IMG/VR virus record: IMGVR_UViG_3300031786_000572
Span: 1-64,000 of that record
Strand: one strand, 5' to 3'
Length of the DNA stretch: 64,000 nt
Source: a virus
Taxonomy: Duplodnaviria > Caudoviricetes
The notes under the pieces are model-generated. The model made no database searches. It saw nothing but the letters and a program-made list of their open reading frames with translations, and was not told the origin of the DNA. Made by a program: the position numbers and the translations under genes. Positions 36,284-47,606 of the stretch are shown here, piece after piece; the stretch's first letter is position 1; every line of letters starts with the position of its first letter.

Positions 36284-39200
36284 TGTTATTAAACAGACAA
36301 TTTAAAGTTTTTAACAAAAGCGGAAATAACATTAACTCTACGGAGATTTTACCTATTACCGCAACTGTTATAGATCCTACTGGTGCAGGCCAAGGTGGTG
36401 AAATCCGTGTGTACACTGATTACGCTGGAACTATGCAGTATGTACAGATTGTCAATCCAGGTATAAATTATAGTTCAGATACTTATGTAAATTTTGAAAC
36501 TCGCCCTATCATTAATAAACGATGGGACAGTGATTCAGCTTGTTTAGGATTAAGTGTGCTGGGAGAAATTACTTCTTTTAATTTTGCCGGAGATCCAACT
36601 TCAGTGTATAATACATTAGGCTGGCCGATTGTTGCTAATACAATTAGCAATTCATGTTATCTCCCACCTGTTTCTGCAGGATTAATTGAATCTGAAAATA
36701 TTTTCATAATTGAAAAAATCTTGGATTCAAATGGAAACACTTCATATGTTTTACCAAGAATTGATCTTTACACACAACCTGTGCAAAGTGTTGTGACTAA
36801 TGGATCTTCTGCTACATTAGAAGTTGAAAACTATCAATCTACAGGTATAGTAAACGCTGTAAACTCTTTTGTTATTACAGGAATTAGTCCTGCGGTAATT
36901 AGTCAGTTATCTACTAATATGACCGTGTTAGGTAATGGAATATTATCTAACACACTTATATTAGAAATTAATGTAATACTTGGAGAAATTACTTTAAGTA
37001 GACCTTCTACAAGTATAGGCATAACAAATACATATGATTTTTATATTCCACATAACTTAAAAGTAGGTTCTCCTATTAATGTGTATGGTGGTCCATTGGC
37101 TGGATCTTATACAGTTACACAAGTTCTTCCGTATAAATTTTCATTTGACACACTTATATCAACAACAGTTGTGCCAATTTCATATGCAGCTATTCCACAG
37201 TTTGAGGCAAGAATAAGAACAGGAACAGATCCTGAATGGTTTTTATATGAAGTAGAATACGGGGTAGATTATCCAACGATTAAGAAATCGCAAACTATTA
37301 TATTTACGTTAGATTCATCTGACCCATATTCATTACCCGATGCTATTATTCAACAGTCTAATAATCTAGGACCTAACGGTGAAATTATTCGCCAGGTGTT
37401 TGAACCTAATTTACTTAAAGCGCCTTTACAAATTAATTTTGGTTTACAAGCTGATGTTGAGGGTGTTTATGCAGGACAACTTGAAATTGTTGATGTAACG
37501 TATGTAAATAAAGAAACTATTCTATTTTCATTAAACATTGAAGGTGAAATAGTTGCTGAGGATGAACGTCTAGGTTCTATGCTTGAAAACTTAGGACGTG
37601 ATATTACAACAGACCAAGAACTTATACTTAGAGATTCTGATGTTAATGAAGATAATCCTGACTACATTTTACTTAACGAAAAACGAAAAGAGATGCTTCT
37701 CCAAGGAGACCAGATCTGGCCGTATGTTGGTGCATATAAAGGTTTAGTCAATATTATAAATTGGTTTGGTTATTATGATATAAGAATTAAAGAATACTGG
37801 CTAAACGTAAATGTTGATGATGCTTATTATAATAAGTACAGACAAGTTCCTATTGCGTTTCAACTTAAAGATAAAACTGCAAGTGGAGAACAAATTGGTT
37901 TACTACCAAGTAAACACTATAAGAAATCAAATCTATTTGGACTTTTTTATGATATCGTAAGAGACTCTGCTCAAGTTGATGAGTACGGTATTCCTGTAAC
38001 AGAAGATGCTTTTGCATATACTAATGAAGAAGTCTTAATCAAGTTATTTGCACTTAAAGGATATCTTAAACAAAAATTCCTTCCACTAAATACAAGAATT
38101 GTTGATATTACTGGTGAAGGTGTTTATTATGAAAGATATGCAGTTAATACTTGGAATGATAGAACTGATAGACATTTAATTAATGCAGGTAAACGATTAA
38201 ACTTTACAAATACACAAAGATCTCAAATTGTAGATCTTAGACCTTATAATGCAAACGGCGGACTGTTAACTCCTGAAGTTACAGATTCATTATCTATTTA
38301 TGCTGATTCATACGACATTAGTGATGTTATCATTACTTACGGTGGAAGTGGATTTTTTGGGGAAATTCCTTTAATAACTTTCCCAGGTTCTGCTTTACAA
38401 CAAGCAAGAGGTGAATGTAAAGTTCGTGCTGAGGCTGCACCCTTTCCTATTCCTATAACCGGTGCAATCCCAGGTATAAATTTTCAAGTTGGTGATATCA
38501 TAACTCTTAAAGGAGGTACTTATGATGTACCTATAAGACTTGAAGTTGCTGGTGTTAATTTAGGAGGTGGTGTTACTGACTATGTTATAAATGCTGGTCC
38601 TCAACAAGGAAGCAACTACCGTTCATTGCCTACAACGTTTGCACAGTCAACTGTTTTACGCCCGGTTGGAAATCAATATGAAATTCCATTAGGAGCTATT
38701 GGATTTACTATAGATGCATCACAAATTTCATTTGAAGTTGAAGAAGTTACTTTATATGATAAAGGATTGAGTTACGGCGTTTATCCTACTATTCAGTTTT
38801 TATGGAACTCTCCTTTAGGCGTTTCTCCAACAGGAACCTTAGTATTAACGAAAAAGACTTCTTCACCTGTAAGCTATTTTAGTGATAGTGAAAGTGTTAA
38901 GAAATACAGTGATTCTGCCAACATTCCAATTGGTGCAATCGTTGACTTAAATACCTCTTTTGATGTAACTTGGGACGAATTGCCGTTTCCTTGGTTAACT
39001 TTCACTGGAAGTAATAATGCAACATTAAAAGCATACGGAACTTTATTACCGAGTGGTGGTGGAAATATTACTGCGGTAGAAATTATTAATCCTGGAAGTG
39101 GTTATAATTATGCGCCAGTGATTAAAGTTGCTGGTGGTGGAGGCTATGGAGCAACGTTTTCATCACAAATAAGAGATGGCAAACTAAACATTGTAGAATA

Positions 39201-42200
39201 TACTGTATCTAATGTTGGTACATGGGGCGGTGGTAATGATCTACTTACGTTATCTCCAAGTATTCCTGTCGGTGGATTATCTGCTATCAGTATTGGTAGA
39301 ATTGTTAAAGGTTTAGGATTACCTGAAGGTACTGTAATTGGAAACATTATAGGTAATGACATCTATTTAGAAAAATATGATGCAAGCGTAATCTTTTCAA
39401 CAATACAAGTTGGTGCAAAAATATATGTTCATCAAGGCGTTGGAGTAACTTTTGGCGGATTTGGATATACGTCTGAACCTTTAGTTTACACAAGCGGTGG
39501 TCATACAACTGTTATGTATACTTGGGATGAATTAGGTAGAGCTGACTTTTATCAAATGGAATGGAAAGCTACATTAACAAGTCCTACTGACCCTACACGA
39601 GTTTTTCAATATAGATCTGGAGTAAATACCATTGACGAATTAATTCGTCATACTGTGATTTTACCTTACACTGGAAAATACACAATAGAACTTGATGTAT
39701 ATGACACAACAAATAGTAAGTCAAATAACATAAAACGTGATGCTGTTGAAGTATATGTTCCAGAAGCTGATTTTGCTTTCATCAGTAAAAACGTTGATGA
39801 TTCCAAAGATACTTGGGATGAATTTGCACAAATACAAGCACAAGGTCTTAATCCTTCATTAGCACAAATACAAGCTAACGTACCTATTGATGCGCCTAAT
39901 CCAATTAGATATGATTGGGACAATGCAAATAGCAGTTGGGTTAACATAACGTTTAATCCTACACGTTGGATGGATTGCGATGTTAACTGGGATACCCTAG
40001 TTGTGACTGATTTATCGGATGTTAATAATCCATCGTTCCCGCCATGTAATGAAATCGAGGTCCTTCAAATATCCTCTCGAGATCTTGCAGAAGGTGTTGT
40101 GTTAAGCTATTCTGATAATGCATCTGCATTTCCTTCAGTTAATCCTACGATTGTAGTTGCAGGTCAAATAATTAGACAACCGTTAGATCCTTCATATGAT
40201 CCAACTGATTGGATTTATATTCGCAGAGACGGAGTCATATATCAGTTAGAAGTTATATCCGCAGATTATTCTGTTCCAGGACAAACTTCTATTGAACTTG
40301 CTGTTAAACCTCCTCAAGCATTTATTGCAAGTCCTAGTACATGGGAAGTTCTTAGAGAAATAGAAGGAACAGTTGCGGTAAAAGGAAATCAAATTTATGA
40401 TGAAACTACTAATCCAAATGGATTTAAAACTGGTGAATATCTTGTACTAACAAAAGAGGGGTCAACTCCTATTTCTAGTAGAAATGTTATTCGTAGTAAA
40501 GATCCTGATGATATTTTTGAAATTGCCGGTGCTGCAGGTAGTACTATTCTTAATAAGAAAGGCGCTTATGGTAGAATTTATAAAGTAAGAGATAATAATT
40601 ACTTAAACGGAAATCTTAATTGGTCAAATAATGTAACTGCGGTAGATCCACTTGGATTTACATTTACAGGATTTGGTGCGCCAGGACCTGCATCTTTTAT
40701 TAATGTGCCTCAAACTTCTGCATCAGGTGGAGGTGTAAACTCTATGTGGAACATTGACATAGATGTATTAGGCAATTATACAATTACATTAGCAAATGGC
40801 GGCAGCGGGTTTTCTATTGCTGAAACCGTATTTATTGATGCAACAGCTATCGGTGGAGTTCCAGGGTTTAATGATATTACAATAACTGTAAATAACACAG
40901 TTTCTGAGTCTGCTTGGATGTACATAAATACAACTCCTAATGATCCAGAAAAAAGTGATCATATTGGTCAATTAGTTTTTAACACTAAGCAGTTAACTTG
41001 TAATCCTATAGATGAAATTCGTCCCGGGTTTACAAGAATGCGTTTATACGTATATGACGGTGTACAAGAAATTTATACACAAGTGTTTAGAACTAAACAT
41101 GCTTACTTAAATACAAGTAGTACTACATCTATATTCCAAATGTGGAATGCTGAATATTATACGATTGATGTGATAGGTTTAAATGGAGGTGAATTAAATG
41201 AACTGAATACTCAGCTTAATACATTCTATAATAATGGAAATTCTATTTATTTAGAATATGAATATGATGACTTTACAACTCGTCAACGCTGGGCGCAAGA
41301 TTTTAATACAGATTTAACTATTATACCTGACTATAATTCATTTCCTCCTGCTGGTGCATTTTCTAATGCAACTAACTTTGGTCCTGCTTATGAAGTTGAT
41401 AATCGTAATTGGTTTTATGATCATGGGATAGTTGGAAATAGTTATTCTATGAAAATACTTAACACAGGTACTTGGAAAGGTGGAGTAGGCACTTTATTAA
41501 CTCTTGATGATAATAATCTTGAGCTGTATAGAAGTGATACATATTTCCATGCTTGCCAACAAAGGTTTGATGAAGATTACGCCGAAAGACATTTAGGTAC
41601 TCGAGTTCAAACATGGGAAAACTATGAAGAGCTTACTTGGGATACTTTTAGTGGAAATACGTTTGACACGCTTGATTATGTAGATAATTTATGGTGCGGA
41701 TATGTTATTGATACAGTTGACACAAATGGAGGTATAAAGTTTAATGAATTACCTACATTTAATTTTGTAGGTATAGTTGGAGGAATGAGTGATTCAGAAA
41801 AATTTGCACAAGCACTTTGGGAACTTAATAATTCTGATAATCCTGGAATTAGTAAATTTAACTATGGGTTATATAGTGCAACAAATAATTCTTTATTGTA
41901 CATTGATGCAAACTATGTTAATGATAACTATTTTACTGCGCTAACCGGCGGATTTCAATATATAGGAAAAACTAAGATAAACACATATCTTGTGCCTGAT
42001 GGTGTTTTTTATGAAAACAGTGTAACAATTACAAATGGAGATGTTTTATATTCTCCTCTTGTTGAACCTGCATCAAAAGTTACTTCAATAGCACCAGCAT
42101 TTTCAATAGATCCGCTATTAACAAACTATAATGTTACTTATCTAAATAAGAATATTCCTAAGAAAGGTTCTTTTGTTGCAAATGGTGTTTCTGGGAGCTA

Positions 42201-43143
42201 CCGTTTAAAAAATATACAAGGATTACATGAAGGTGTAATCAGAGTAGGTGAAGTAGTGTCTGGTGTTAACTTACCTGTTGCTCCAGCAATACCTGCTACA
42301 GTTTTAGAAATCTTTGCAATTAACGGAATGGTTCGTGAAATTGTTCTTAGTCAACCATTAAGTGGAAATGTAACAAATGGAAGTTATGTAATTGAGCAAA
42401 TAACACTTCCTAATGCAACAATTACAATACCGTTTTTATCTAACGGATTAACACAAAATGATATTCAGATATTTGCGTTTGCAACAAATCCAAGTGTAGA
42501 TAACTTAGGTTATTTAGTAGGAACTAATGGAGTTACATTCTTACCTCCACAAAATCCTAGCGCCACTATTAACACATCAATAGCACATACATATCCAATG
42601 AATAATTTTTATCAATGGTTTGGGTTTGGTGATAATAAAGTAGGATCATTTGAATATGGATTACAACAGTTCTTAACCAAGTATCGTTATGCTCAAACTT
42701 ATATAAATTTAGGTACAGCTCCTTGGGGTGTTCCAGGTTGGTACCCTGCGGATAATTTACCTTACAAGTATTCTTATACTAATGATCCAATATTTAGCAA
42801 TTATCTAGAAGCAAAATCACAATCTGAAAGATTGCCGTATGCAAGAGCTATTGGTGGATCGTATACGTGGGATGAAACAAGAATTGGTAAATATGTAACC
42901 AAAATTCCGTCTGGTAGTTCTGTAATGTTATCAGCAGAAGCAAGTGATATGGTTGGTAAGACAGGATATCTTTGGAAATTAAAAGACGGAAATATTACCC
43001 TTGCTGAAACTATTGATAGCCGTATGTTATGGACATTTGATTACACAGGCGCTTTTGATGTTGAACTAACTATCACAGATACAAATGGTAATCAAAAAAC
43101 ACAATCTAAAAAGTCATTCTTAAACGTATATGAAGCAAGATAA
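36283..43143 (+). CDS. Giant (2286 aa) baseplate wedge/structural protein, gp7-like position, with PKD/Ig-like domains
   Basis: YVGAYKGLVNIINWFG segment; repeated IINPGSGY-type beta modules; C-terminal FDYTGAFDVELTITD PKD-like end. Confidence 0.6.
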   Translation: MLLNRQFKVFNKSGNNINSTEILPITATVIDPTGAGQGGEIRVYTDYAGTMQYVQIVNPGINYSSDTYVNFETRPIINKRWDSDSACLGLSVLGEITSFNFAGDPTSVYNTLGWPIVANTISNSCYLPPVSAGLIESENIFIIEKILDSNGNTSYVLPRIDLYTQPVQSVVTNGSSATLEVENYQSTGIVNAVNSFVITGISPAVISQLSTNMTVLGNGILSNTLILEINVILGEITLSRPSTSIGITNTYDFYIPHNLKVGSPINVYGGPLAGSYTVTQVLPYKFSFDTLISTTVVPISYAAIPQFEARIRTGTDPEWFLYEVEYGVDYPTIKKSQTIIFTLDSSDPYSLPDAIIQQSNNLGPNGEIIRQVFEPNLLKAPLQINFGLQADVEGVYAGQLEIVDVTYVNKETILFSLNIEGEIVAEDERLGSMLENLGRDITTDQELILRDSDVNEDNPDYILLNEKRKEMLLQGDQIWPYVGAYKGLVNIINWFGYYDIRIKEYWLNVNVDDAYYNKYRQVPIAFQLKDKTASGEQIGLLPSKHYKKSNLFGLFYDIVRDSAQVDEYGIPVTEDAFAYTNEEVLIKLFALKGYLKQKFLPLNTRIVDITGEGVYYERYAVNTWNDRTDRHLINAGKRLNFTNTQRSQIVDLRPYNANGGLLTPEVTDSLSIYADSYDISDVIITYGGSGFFGEIPLITFPGSALQQARGECKVRAEAAPFPIPITGAIPGINFQVGDIITLKGGTYDVPIRLEVAGVNLGGGVTDYVINAGPQQGSNYRSLPTTFAQSTVLRPVGNQYEIPLGAIGFTIDASQISFEVEEVTLYDKGLSYGVYPTIQFLWNSPLGVSPTGTLVLTKKTSSPVSYFSDSESVKKYSDSANIPIGAIVDLNTSFDVTWDELPFPWLTFTGSNNATLKAYGTLLPSGGGNITAVEIINPGSGYNYAPVIKVAGGGGYGATFSSQIRDGKLNIVEYTVSNVGTWGGGNDLLTLSPSIPVGGLSAISIGRIVKGLGLPEGTVIGNIIGNDIYLEKYDASVIFSTIQVGAKIYVHQGVGVTFGGFGYTSEPLVYTSGGHTTVMYTWDELGRADFYQMEWKATLTSPTDPTRVFQYRSGVNTIDELIRHTVILPYTGKYTIELDVYDTTNSKSNNIKRDAVEVYVPEADFAFISKNVDDSKDTWDEFAQIQAQGLNPSLAQIQANVPIDAPNPIRYDWDNANSSWVNITFNPTRWMDCDVNWDTLVVTDLSDVNNPSFPPCNEIEVLQISSRDLAEGVVLSYSDNASAFPSVNPTIVVAGQIIRQPLDPSYDPTDWIYIRRDGVIYQLEVISADYSVPGQTSIELAVKPPQAFIASPSTWEVLREIEGTVAVKGNQIYDETTNPNGFKTGEYLVLTKEGSTPISSRNVIRSKDPDDIFEIAGAAGSTILNKKGAYGRIYKVRDNNYLNGNLNWSNNVTAVDPLGFTFTGFGAPGPASFINVPQTSASGGGVNSMWNIDIDVLGNYTITLANGGSGFSIAETVFIDATAIGGVPGFNDITITVNNTVSESAWMYINTTPNDPEKSDHIGQLVFNTKQLTCNPIDEIRPGFTRMRLYVYDGVQEIYTQVFRTKHAYLNTSSTTSIFQMWNAEYYTIDVIGLNGGELNELNTQLNTFYNNGNSIYLEYEYDDFTTRQRWAQDFNTDLTIIPDYNSFPPAGAFSNATNFGPAYEVDNRNWFYDHGIVGNSYSMKILNTGTWKGGVGTLLTLDDNNLELYRSDTYFHACQQRFDEDYAERHLGTRVQTWENYEELTWDTFSGNTFDTLDYVDNLWCGYVIDTVDTNGGIKFNELPTFNFVGIVGGMSDSEKFAQALWELNNSDNPGISKFNYGLYSATNNSLLYIDANYVNDNYFTALTGGFQYIGKTKINTYLVPDGVFYENSVTITNGDVLYSPLVEPASKVTSIAPAFSIDPLLTNYNVTYLNKNIPKKGSFVANGVSGSYRLKNIQGLHEGVIRVGEVVSGVNLPVAPAIPATVLEIFAINGMVREIVLSQPLSGNVTNGSYVIEQITLPNATITIPFLSNGLTQNDIQIFAFATNPSVDNLGYLVGTNGVTFLPPQNPSATINTSIAHTYPMNNFYQWFGFGDNKVGSFEYGLQQFLTKYRYAQTYINLGTAPWGVPGWYPADNLPYKYSYTNDPIFSNYLEAKSQSERLPYARAIGGSYTWDETRIGKYVTKIPSGSSVMLSAEASDMVGKTGYLWKLKDGNITLAETIDSRMLWTFDYTGAFDVELTITDTNGNQKTQSKKSFLNVYEAR

Positions 43144-44497
43144 CAGAAATAGCATTTCAGTAATTCAAAGAAATCTTGATGAGGCTTTACGAGTTAATCC
43201 TATTGAGGATGGCAATACTCCGCTTAATGATCCAAATCAAGGATATATGTATACGTCAGAAATAAATGATCCTGACTATACAGATGCATATAAGTTTATA
43301 GTAAATAGCATTTTTTCAAACAAAACTAAAACAGGTAATAACAACTATTATCAGATTACTGTTACTTATGAAGTAACAGATAATGGTGCATATGGAGGTT
43401 TATTTGGTAATAACTTGATAAAAGTTGGTGATACATTTGTCTTAAAAGATGATTTAATGCAAGACTTTAACTGGGTGAAAGGTTCTGTTATTGCAATAAC
43501 CAATGTAAGTTTAAATTCAACTAATGCACCAATTATTGAATACACGTATACTTTATCATGTGCAATTTCAGAAGGACTTACTAATAGATTGCCTCAAGGT
43601 GTTTTAGCTGCTGGGGATGTAATGTTTTATACTGATAGAAGAGTCTTTGTTGAAAAAGATGATAGCGCACCTATTAACTTATTATCATCAATTAAAAATG
43701 GGAAAGTTTTGTTTTCGTGGGACGATCCTACAAATAAAGCGGTTAAGTATAACTTTACATTTAGGTTAGAAGATAATTCATATAATAATGGTATAACAAC
43801 AATATGTGGAAATTCATATAACTTTAATGGTAATGTACAAGCAAAGTTAAATTCATTAGGAGCAATTCAATATGTTAAAATAATTGATCCAGGTAAGGAT
43901 ATAGCTTGGCAATTTGAGATTCCGAATGTAATAACAAGTACACTTGGAGTTACTCCACCTGTCATAACCTTCTATAATGATAGCTGTGGAAGTTTGGGTA
44001 TTAAAGAATGTCAAATCGTTGAAGTTACTGCCGTAAATGCAAGCACGGTTACTTGTAAATTTAAAGACATTTCTACTTTTATGTTTGGCAGCGGTGGTGC
44101 TTTTTGGCCACGAGTTTATGTAGACTTATACCAAAATAAAAATTTAGGTGATCAAACTTGGTTAGACGTAATAAATGGTTCTGTTGGAGAATATTACGAT
44201 GTTAATATTAAATGGGATAGTTCTTTTAGTTATAACAGTCTTTCTGACGCGCAAGCTGATTTAGTAGGTAAAAGATTCAAAGCACACACAGGTGTATATG
44301 TGGTAAGTGCTGGTTTAAATATGAATAAAGAACCAAAAATCTTTTGTGATAAATATATTGAAAATACAAAAAATGTAATAGACGCAGGTAATTTTCCTAC
44401 TCCAGGCACATATTACTGGAAAGTTGCATCTATCTTTGATTGTAATGAAAAATCTTATACTGAATGGAGTCAAGAAGTCAAGTTGATAATACCGTAA
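43130..44497 (+). CDS. Structural protein with a split FN3-like domain
   Basis: VLFSWDDP...YNFTFR and GTYYWKVASI...YTEWS motifs. Confidence 0.5.
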   Translation: MKQDNRNSISVIQRNLDEALRVNPIEDGNTPLNDPNQGYMYTSEINDPDYTDAYKFIVNSIFSNKTKTGNNNYYQITVTYEVTDNGAYGGLFGNNLIKVGDTFVLKDDLMQDFNWVKGSVIAITNVSLNSTNAPIIEYTYTLSCAISEGLTNRLPQGVLAAGDVMFYTDRRVFVEKDDSAPINLLSSIKNGKVLFSWDDPTNKAVKYNFTFRLEDNSYNNGITTICGNSYNFNGNVQAKLNSLGAIQYVKIIDPGKDIAWQFEIPNVITSTLGVTPPVITFYNDSCGSLGIKECQIVEVTAVNASTVTCKFKDISTFMFGSGGAFWPRVYVDLYQNKNLGDQTWLDVINGSVGEYYDVNIKWDSSFSYNSLSDAQADLVGKRFKAHTGVYVVSAGLNMNKEPKIFCDKYIENTKNVIDAGNFPTPGTYYWKVASIFDCNEKSYTEWSQEVKLIIP

Positions 44498-45048
44498 ATG
44501 AGGTAACTATTAAAGGAAAGAAATCTGTTAAACTTGCAGTTTTTGATCTTGATGATACTCTTATCATTTCAGCAGCAATGATACAAGTTCTTGACGTCAA
44601 AACAGGAAGAGTTATAAAATCATTAACTCCCGCAGAATTTAACTTTTTTAAACCCAATAAGAAGACCTCATTATCCTTTAGTGAATTTGAAGATTTTGAA
44701 ATCTTAAAGAAATCCAAATTCATTGTAGAAATTCTTGATAAATTACTTGCTTACTATAAAAGTGGTGTTCACGTGTCAATTTTAACTGCTAGATCAAACA
44801 GTGATATGATTCGTAAATTCTTTTTAGTAAATGGAATTGATATACACCCTGAACTCTGTATTGCTGTAAATGATGCCCGCTATGGTTTCACTGGCAATAT
44901 TGCACAAAGAAAAAAAGAAGCTTTGCATGGTCTTGTAGACCAAGGTTATTCTGACTTTATTTTCTTTGATGATAATCATGAAAATCTCGAGTTAGCAAAA
45001 GAGATTGAAAAAGAGAAAGACGTTAAAGTTAAAACCGTAAAAGTTTAA
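44464..45048 (+). CDS. HAD-superfamily phosphatase (polynucleotide 3'-phosphatase-like)
   Basis: AVFDLDDTL (DxD), ILTARS and IFFDDNHENLE motifs. Confidence 0.8.
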   Translation: MESRSQVDNTVNEVTIKGKKSVKLAVFDLDDTLIISAAMIQVLDVKTGRVIKSLTPAEFNFFKPNKKTSLSFSEFEDFEILKKSKFIVEILDKLLAYYKSGVHVSILTARSNSDMIRKFFLVNGIDIHPELCIAVNDARYGFTGNIAQRKKEALHGLVDQGYSDFIFFDDNHENLELAKEIEKEKDVKVKTVKV

Positions 45049-45051
45049 CAT

Positions 45052-45306
45052 ATGAATATACTTCATATAGCCGAAGGATGGTATAATAGCTTTTTAGATA
45101 GAGCACACCTCCTAGACCCTGAGATAAGAGAACTTGGTGATAAGCGCCTGTCTGCTTGTTCAAATTGTCCGATTCGCACGGAAAATCGATGCGATAATAC
45201 CAAAACACACATTAACACCTGGGGCACGCCATTTAACGGTTGCGGTTGTTACATAGACAAAAAAGTTTTATGTAAAGAATGCACATGTCCTGGCGGATTC
45301 TGGTAA
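45052..45306 (+). CDS. Small Cys-rich protein (DUF6171-like)
   Basis: RLSACSNCP...CGCYIDKKVLC..CTCPGGFW. Confidence 0.6.
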   Translation: MNILHIAEGWYNSFLDRAHLLDPEIRELGDKRLSACSNCPIRTENRCDNTKTHINTWGTPFNGCGCYIDKKVLCKECTCPGGFW

Positions 45307-45319
45307 AAAAACAAACACT

Positions 45320-46048
45320 ATGGCTGTAAGAAGAAAAACTAAACCGGTGGTAGAAGACCTTGTACAAGAACTAAAACCACAAGAAAGATTACTTATGAAA
45401 ATAAGAGTTGATCTTAAATGTAAAAATGATCGCCAGAAAAATTTCATTAGACTAATAAATAAGCATGACATTGTAGTCTGTGCAGGTCCAGCTGGAACTG
45501 GAAAAACATTCGTTGCTTGCGCTGAAGCTCTAAAATTGCTAACTACACAAAATCACAAGTATAAGAAAATCATAATCGTAAAATCTGTAACTGTTTTAGA
45601 AGGCGAAGAAATTGGTTTCCTAAAAGGGACAATGAAAGAAAAGATGGAGCCGTTTATGATATCTTTCTTAGATAACTTTCATAAACTTATAGGTAAAGAA
45701 CTAACAGGAACAATGTTAAATTGTGAAATGATTGAAGTACTTCCACTTGCTTATGTTAGAGGAAGAAGCATTGATAACGCAATCATTATTGTTGATGAGG
45801 CACAAAACATTACATTGAAAAACATGCGTTCAACAATGACTCGTTTAGGTGAAGATTCCAAAATCATTATTACTGGTGATACCAAACAGATTGATATGAA
45901 AGCTGGAAATACCTCATCATTAGAAAAAGTAGTTCAATACTTTACACCGATGGAAGAAGTTGGTATAATGGAATTTGGTAGAGAAGATATAGTTCGTAAT
46001 CCGTTAATCATCAAGATTGAAGAAATCTTTGAGAAACATATGGGTTAA
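45320..46048 (+). CDS. phoH: PhoH-family ATPase
   Basis: AGPAGTGKT Walker A; LAYVRGRSI, IIVDEAQN, TRLG and ITGDTKQID motifs. Confidence 0.93.
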   Translation: MAVRRKTKPVVEDLVQELKPQERLLMKIRVDLKCKNDRQKNFIRLINKHDIVVCAGPAGTGKTFVACAEALKLLTTQNHKYKKIIIVKSVTVLEGEEIGFLKGTMKEKMEPFMISFLDNFHKLIGKELTGTMLNCEMIEVLPLAYVRGRSIDNAIIIVDEAQNITLKNMRSTMTRLGEDSKIIITGDTKQIDMKAGNTSSLEKVVQYFTPMEEVGIMEFGREDIVRNPLIIKIEEIFEKHMG

Positions 46049-46488
46049 AAATCAATTATGTTAATTCTATCCTTTTTATTTGCAACCCAATAAGGACCGT
46101 AATTAACAGTAAGTTGTTCTCCCACGTTTATATCACGTAAAGTCTTAACACCTATTAAGCGGTTTTCAAAATCGCGAAAGAACTCAGAATTATTATTACC
46201 GCTGTGATTATAGATACTTAAATATCCTAACATCACAGCGGTTTTTGGTTCATCAGATTCATCAGGCCAACTCATACCGTATTGGTCAAGAACAATATCA
46301 TCAATACTTATACCATCTCCTTGCGCCATATACATAGCTATGGTTATAAGTTTTTGTGGATATGTAAAGATTGGAGATAACTCAATAATAGTATCAGCTG
46401 GAATAGTTTCATAAGTAAAAACTCCCCAGCCGTTTATTTGTGGTATGTCTTTAAGTTCAAGACAGTTAAGAATAAAAGGTTTATTCAC
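46045..46488 (-). CDS. SET-domain protein-lysine methyltransferase
   Basis: GWGVFT, LGYLSIYNHS and TLRDINVGEQLTVNYG motifs. Confidence 0.85.
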   Translation of the reverse strand: MNKPFILNCLELKDIPQINGWGVFTYETIPADTIIELSPIFTYPQKLITIAMYMAQGDGISIDDIVLDQYGMSWPDESDEPKTAVMLGYLSIYNHSGNNNSEFFRDFENRLIGVKTLRDINVGEQLTVNYGPYWVANKKDRINIIDF

Positions 46489-46753
46489 TTGTAGAAATCA
46501 AATCTTCTGGAATACCTTTTATTTTTCTAGCGTAGAAGTCAGGTATTTTACCGCATGATCTGCAGATGATAATGTCAGCAGGTATAATCTCTTCTTTTGC
46601 AGTTGGGCTAAGTAAAGGTGATACTTTCTTAACCATTACTGCTGAGTCAAAAAGTCTACCTCCACATGAACATTCTACCCAGGGTAATGAATCTACGTCG
46701 ATTCGTGGCGCAATATGAGCTTCTTGTCCACCTTGTATGTTTTCAAAATTCAT
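46481..46753 (-). CDS. Zinc-ribbon hypothetical protein
   Basis: CSCGG and CRSCG pairs; overlaps the start of the SET gene. Confidence 0.72.
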   Translation of the reverse strand: MNFENIQGGQEAHIAPRIDVDSLPWVECSCGGRLFDSAVMVKKVSPLLSPTAKEEIIPADIIICRSCGKIPDFYARKIKGIPEDLISTSE

Positions 46754-46900
46754 AGAATTACTTTCTTTGTAGTTTACTACTTAGTCTAATCAATCTATCT
46801 ACCGTTCAATCAATAGATATTAATTTTTATACACAATTTAAAAATAGTTCTTAGGAAACTAAATACATATTTATGTATATAAAATCTAAATAAATCTTAT

Positions 46901-47605
46901 ATGTTTACTCAACAACAACTTAACAAACTACTTTTCTTTGACATCGAGACTGCAGGACAATATCCATCATATGAAGAGTTTAAAGCTCAAGATCCTGAAG
47001 GAGCCAAAATATATGCAGGAAAATGTGAAAGAATGGGATACGGTGATCCTGCTGATGGGTATGAAAATAAAGTTTCTTTATTCCCTGAATTTGGTCGTAT
47101 TGTTTGTTTATCATACGGTCTTTGGAAAAATGGAGATATCCAAGTACAAACTATTTCAGATTTAAACGAGGCTGATCTTATAAAGAAAACAGCTCACCTA
47201 TTTAATAAAGCAACAGCAAGCGGTTTAATCCCTTGCGGCTGGAATATTAAGAATTTTGACATTCCTTGGGTTTATCGTAAAATACTTATGTACGGATTCC
47301 TAGTTCCTGAATGTGTAAATACTTGGGGCAAAAAACCTTGGGAAGTAAACATTGTTGATTTAAAAGAATGGTGGAAAGGATTCTCTAATCTTGATGTTAC
47401 TTTTGAAGAAGCAATGTACGGATTAGGATTACCTTCTCCTAAAGATGAAATGAATGGCGGCCAAGTTCATTTTGAATATTGGGCAAATCATAACACAAAC
47501 GGTATCATTAAATACTGTGAGAAAGATGTTATCGGAATGATTCGCATGATTGAAAAAATACATAACACTTATTATAAACCAGCCGTAGGCACAACACTTA
47601 TTTAA
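46901..47605 (+). CDS. 3'-5' exonuclease, PolB-proofreading-like (DNA_pol_B_exo2)
   Basis: FFDIET (ExoI), WNIKNFDIPW (ExoII) and YCEKDV (ExoIII). Confidence 0.88.
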   Translation: MFTQQQLNKLLFFDIETAGQYPSYEEFKAQDPEGAKIYAGKCERMGYGDPADGYENKVSLFPEFGRIVCLSYGLWKNGDIQVQTISDLNEADLIKKTAHLFNKATASGLIPCGWNIKNFDIPWVYRKILMYGFLVPECVNTWGKKPWEVNIVDLKEWWKGFSNLDVTFEEAMYGLGLPSPKDEMNGGQVHFEYWANHNTNGIIKYCEKDVIGMIRMIEKIHNTYYKPAVGTTLI

Positions 47606-47606
47606 T

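Noticed and set aside
45320-46048. phoH as a novelty
   Set aside because: It is a very common phage gene and is relevant here only alongside the Pho-box-like motifs
46754-46900. Origin of replication in the divergent AT-rich gap
   Set aside because: Only weak short repeats (AATCAAT twice, ATCTAT/ATAGAT); divergent promoters explain the gap adequately
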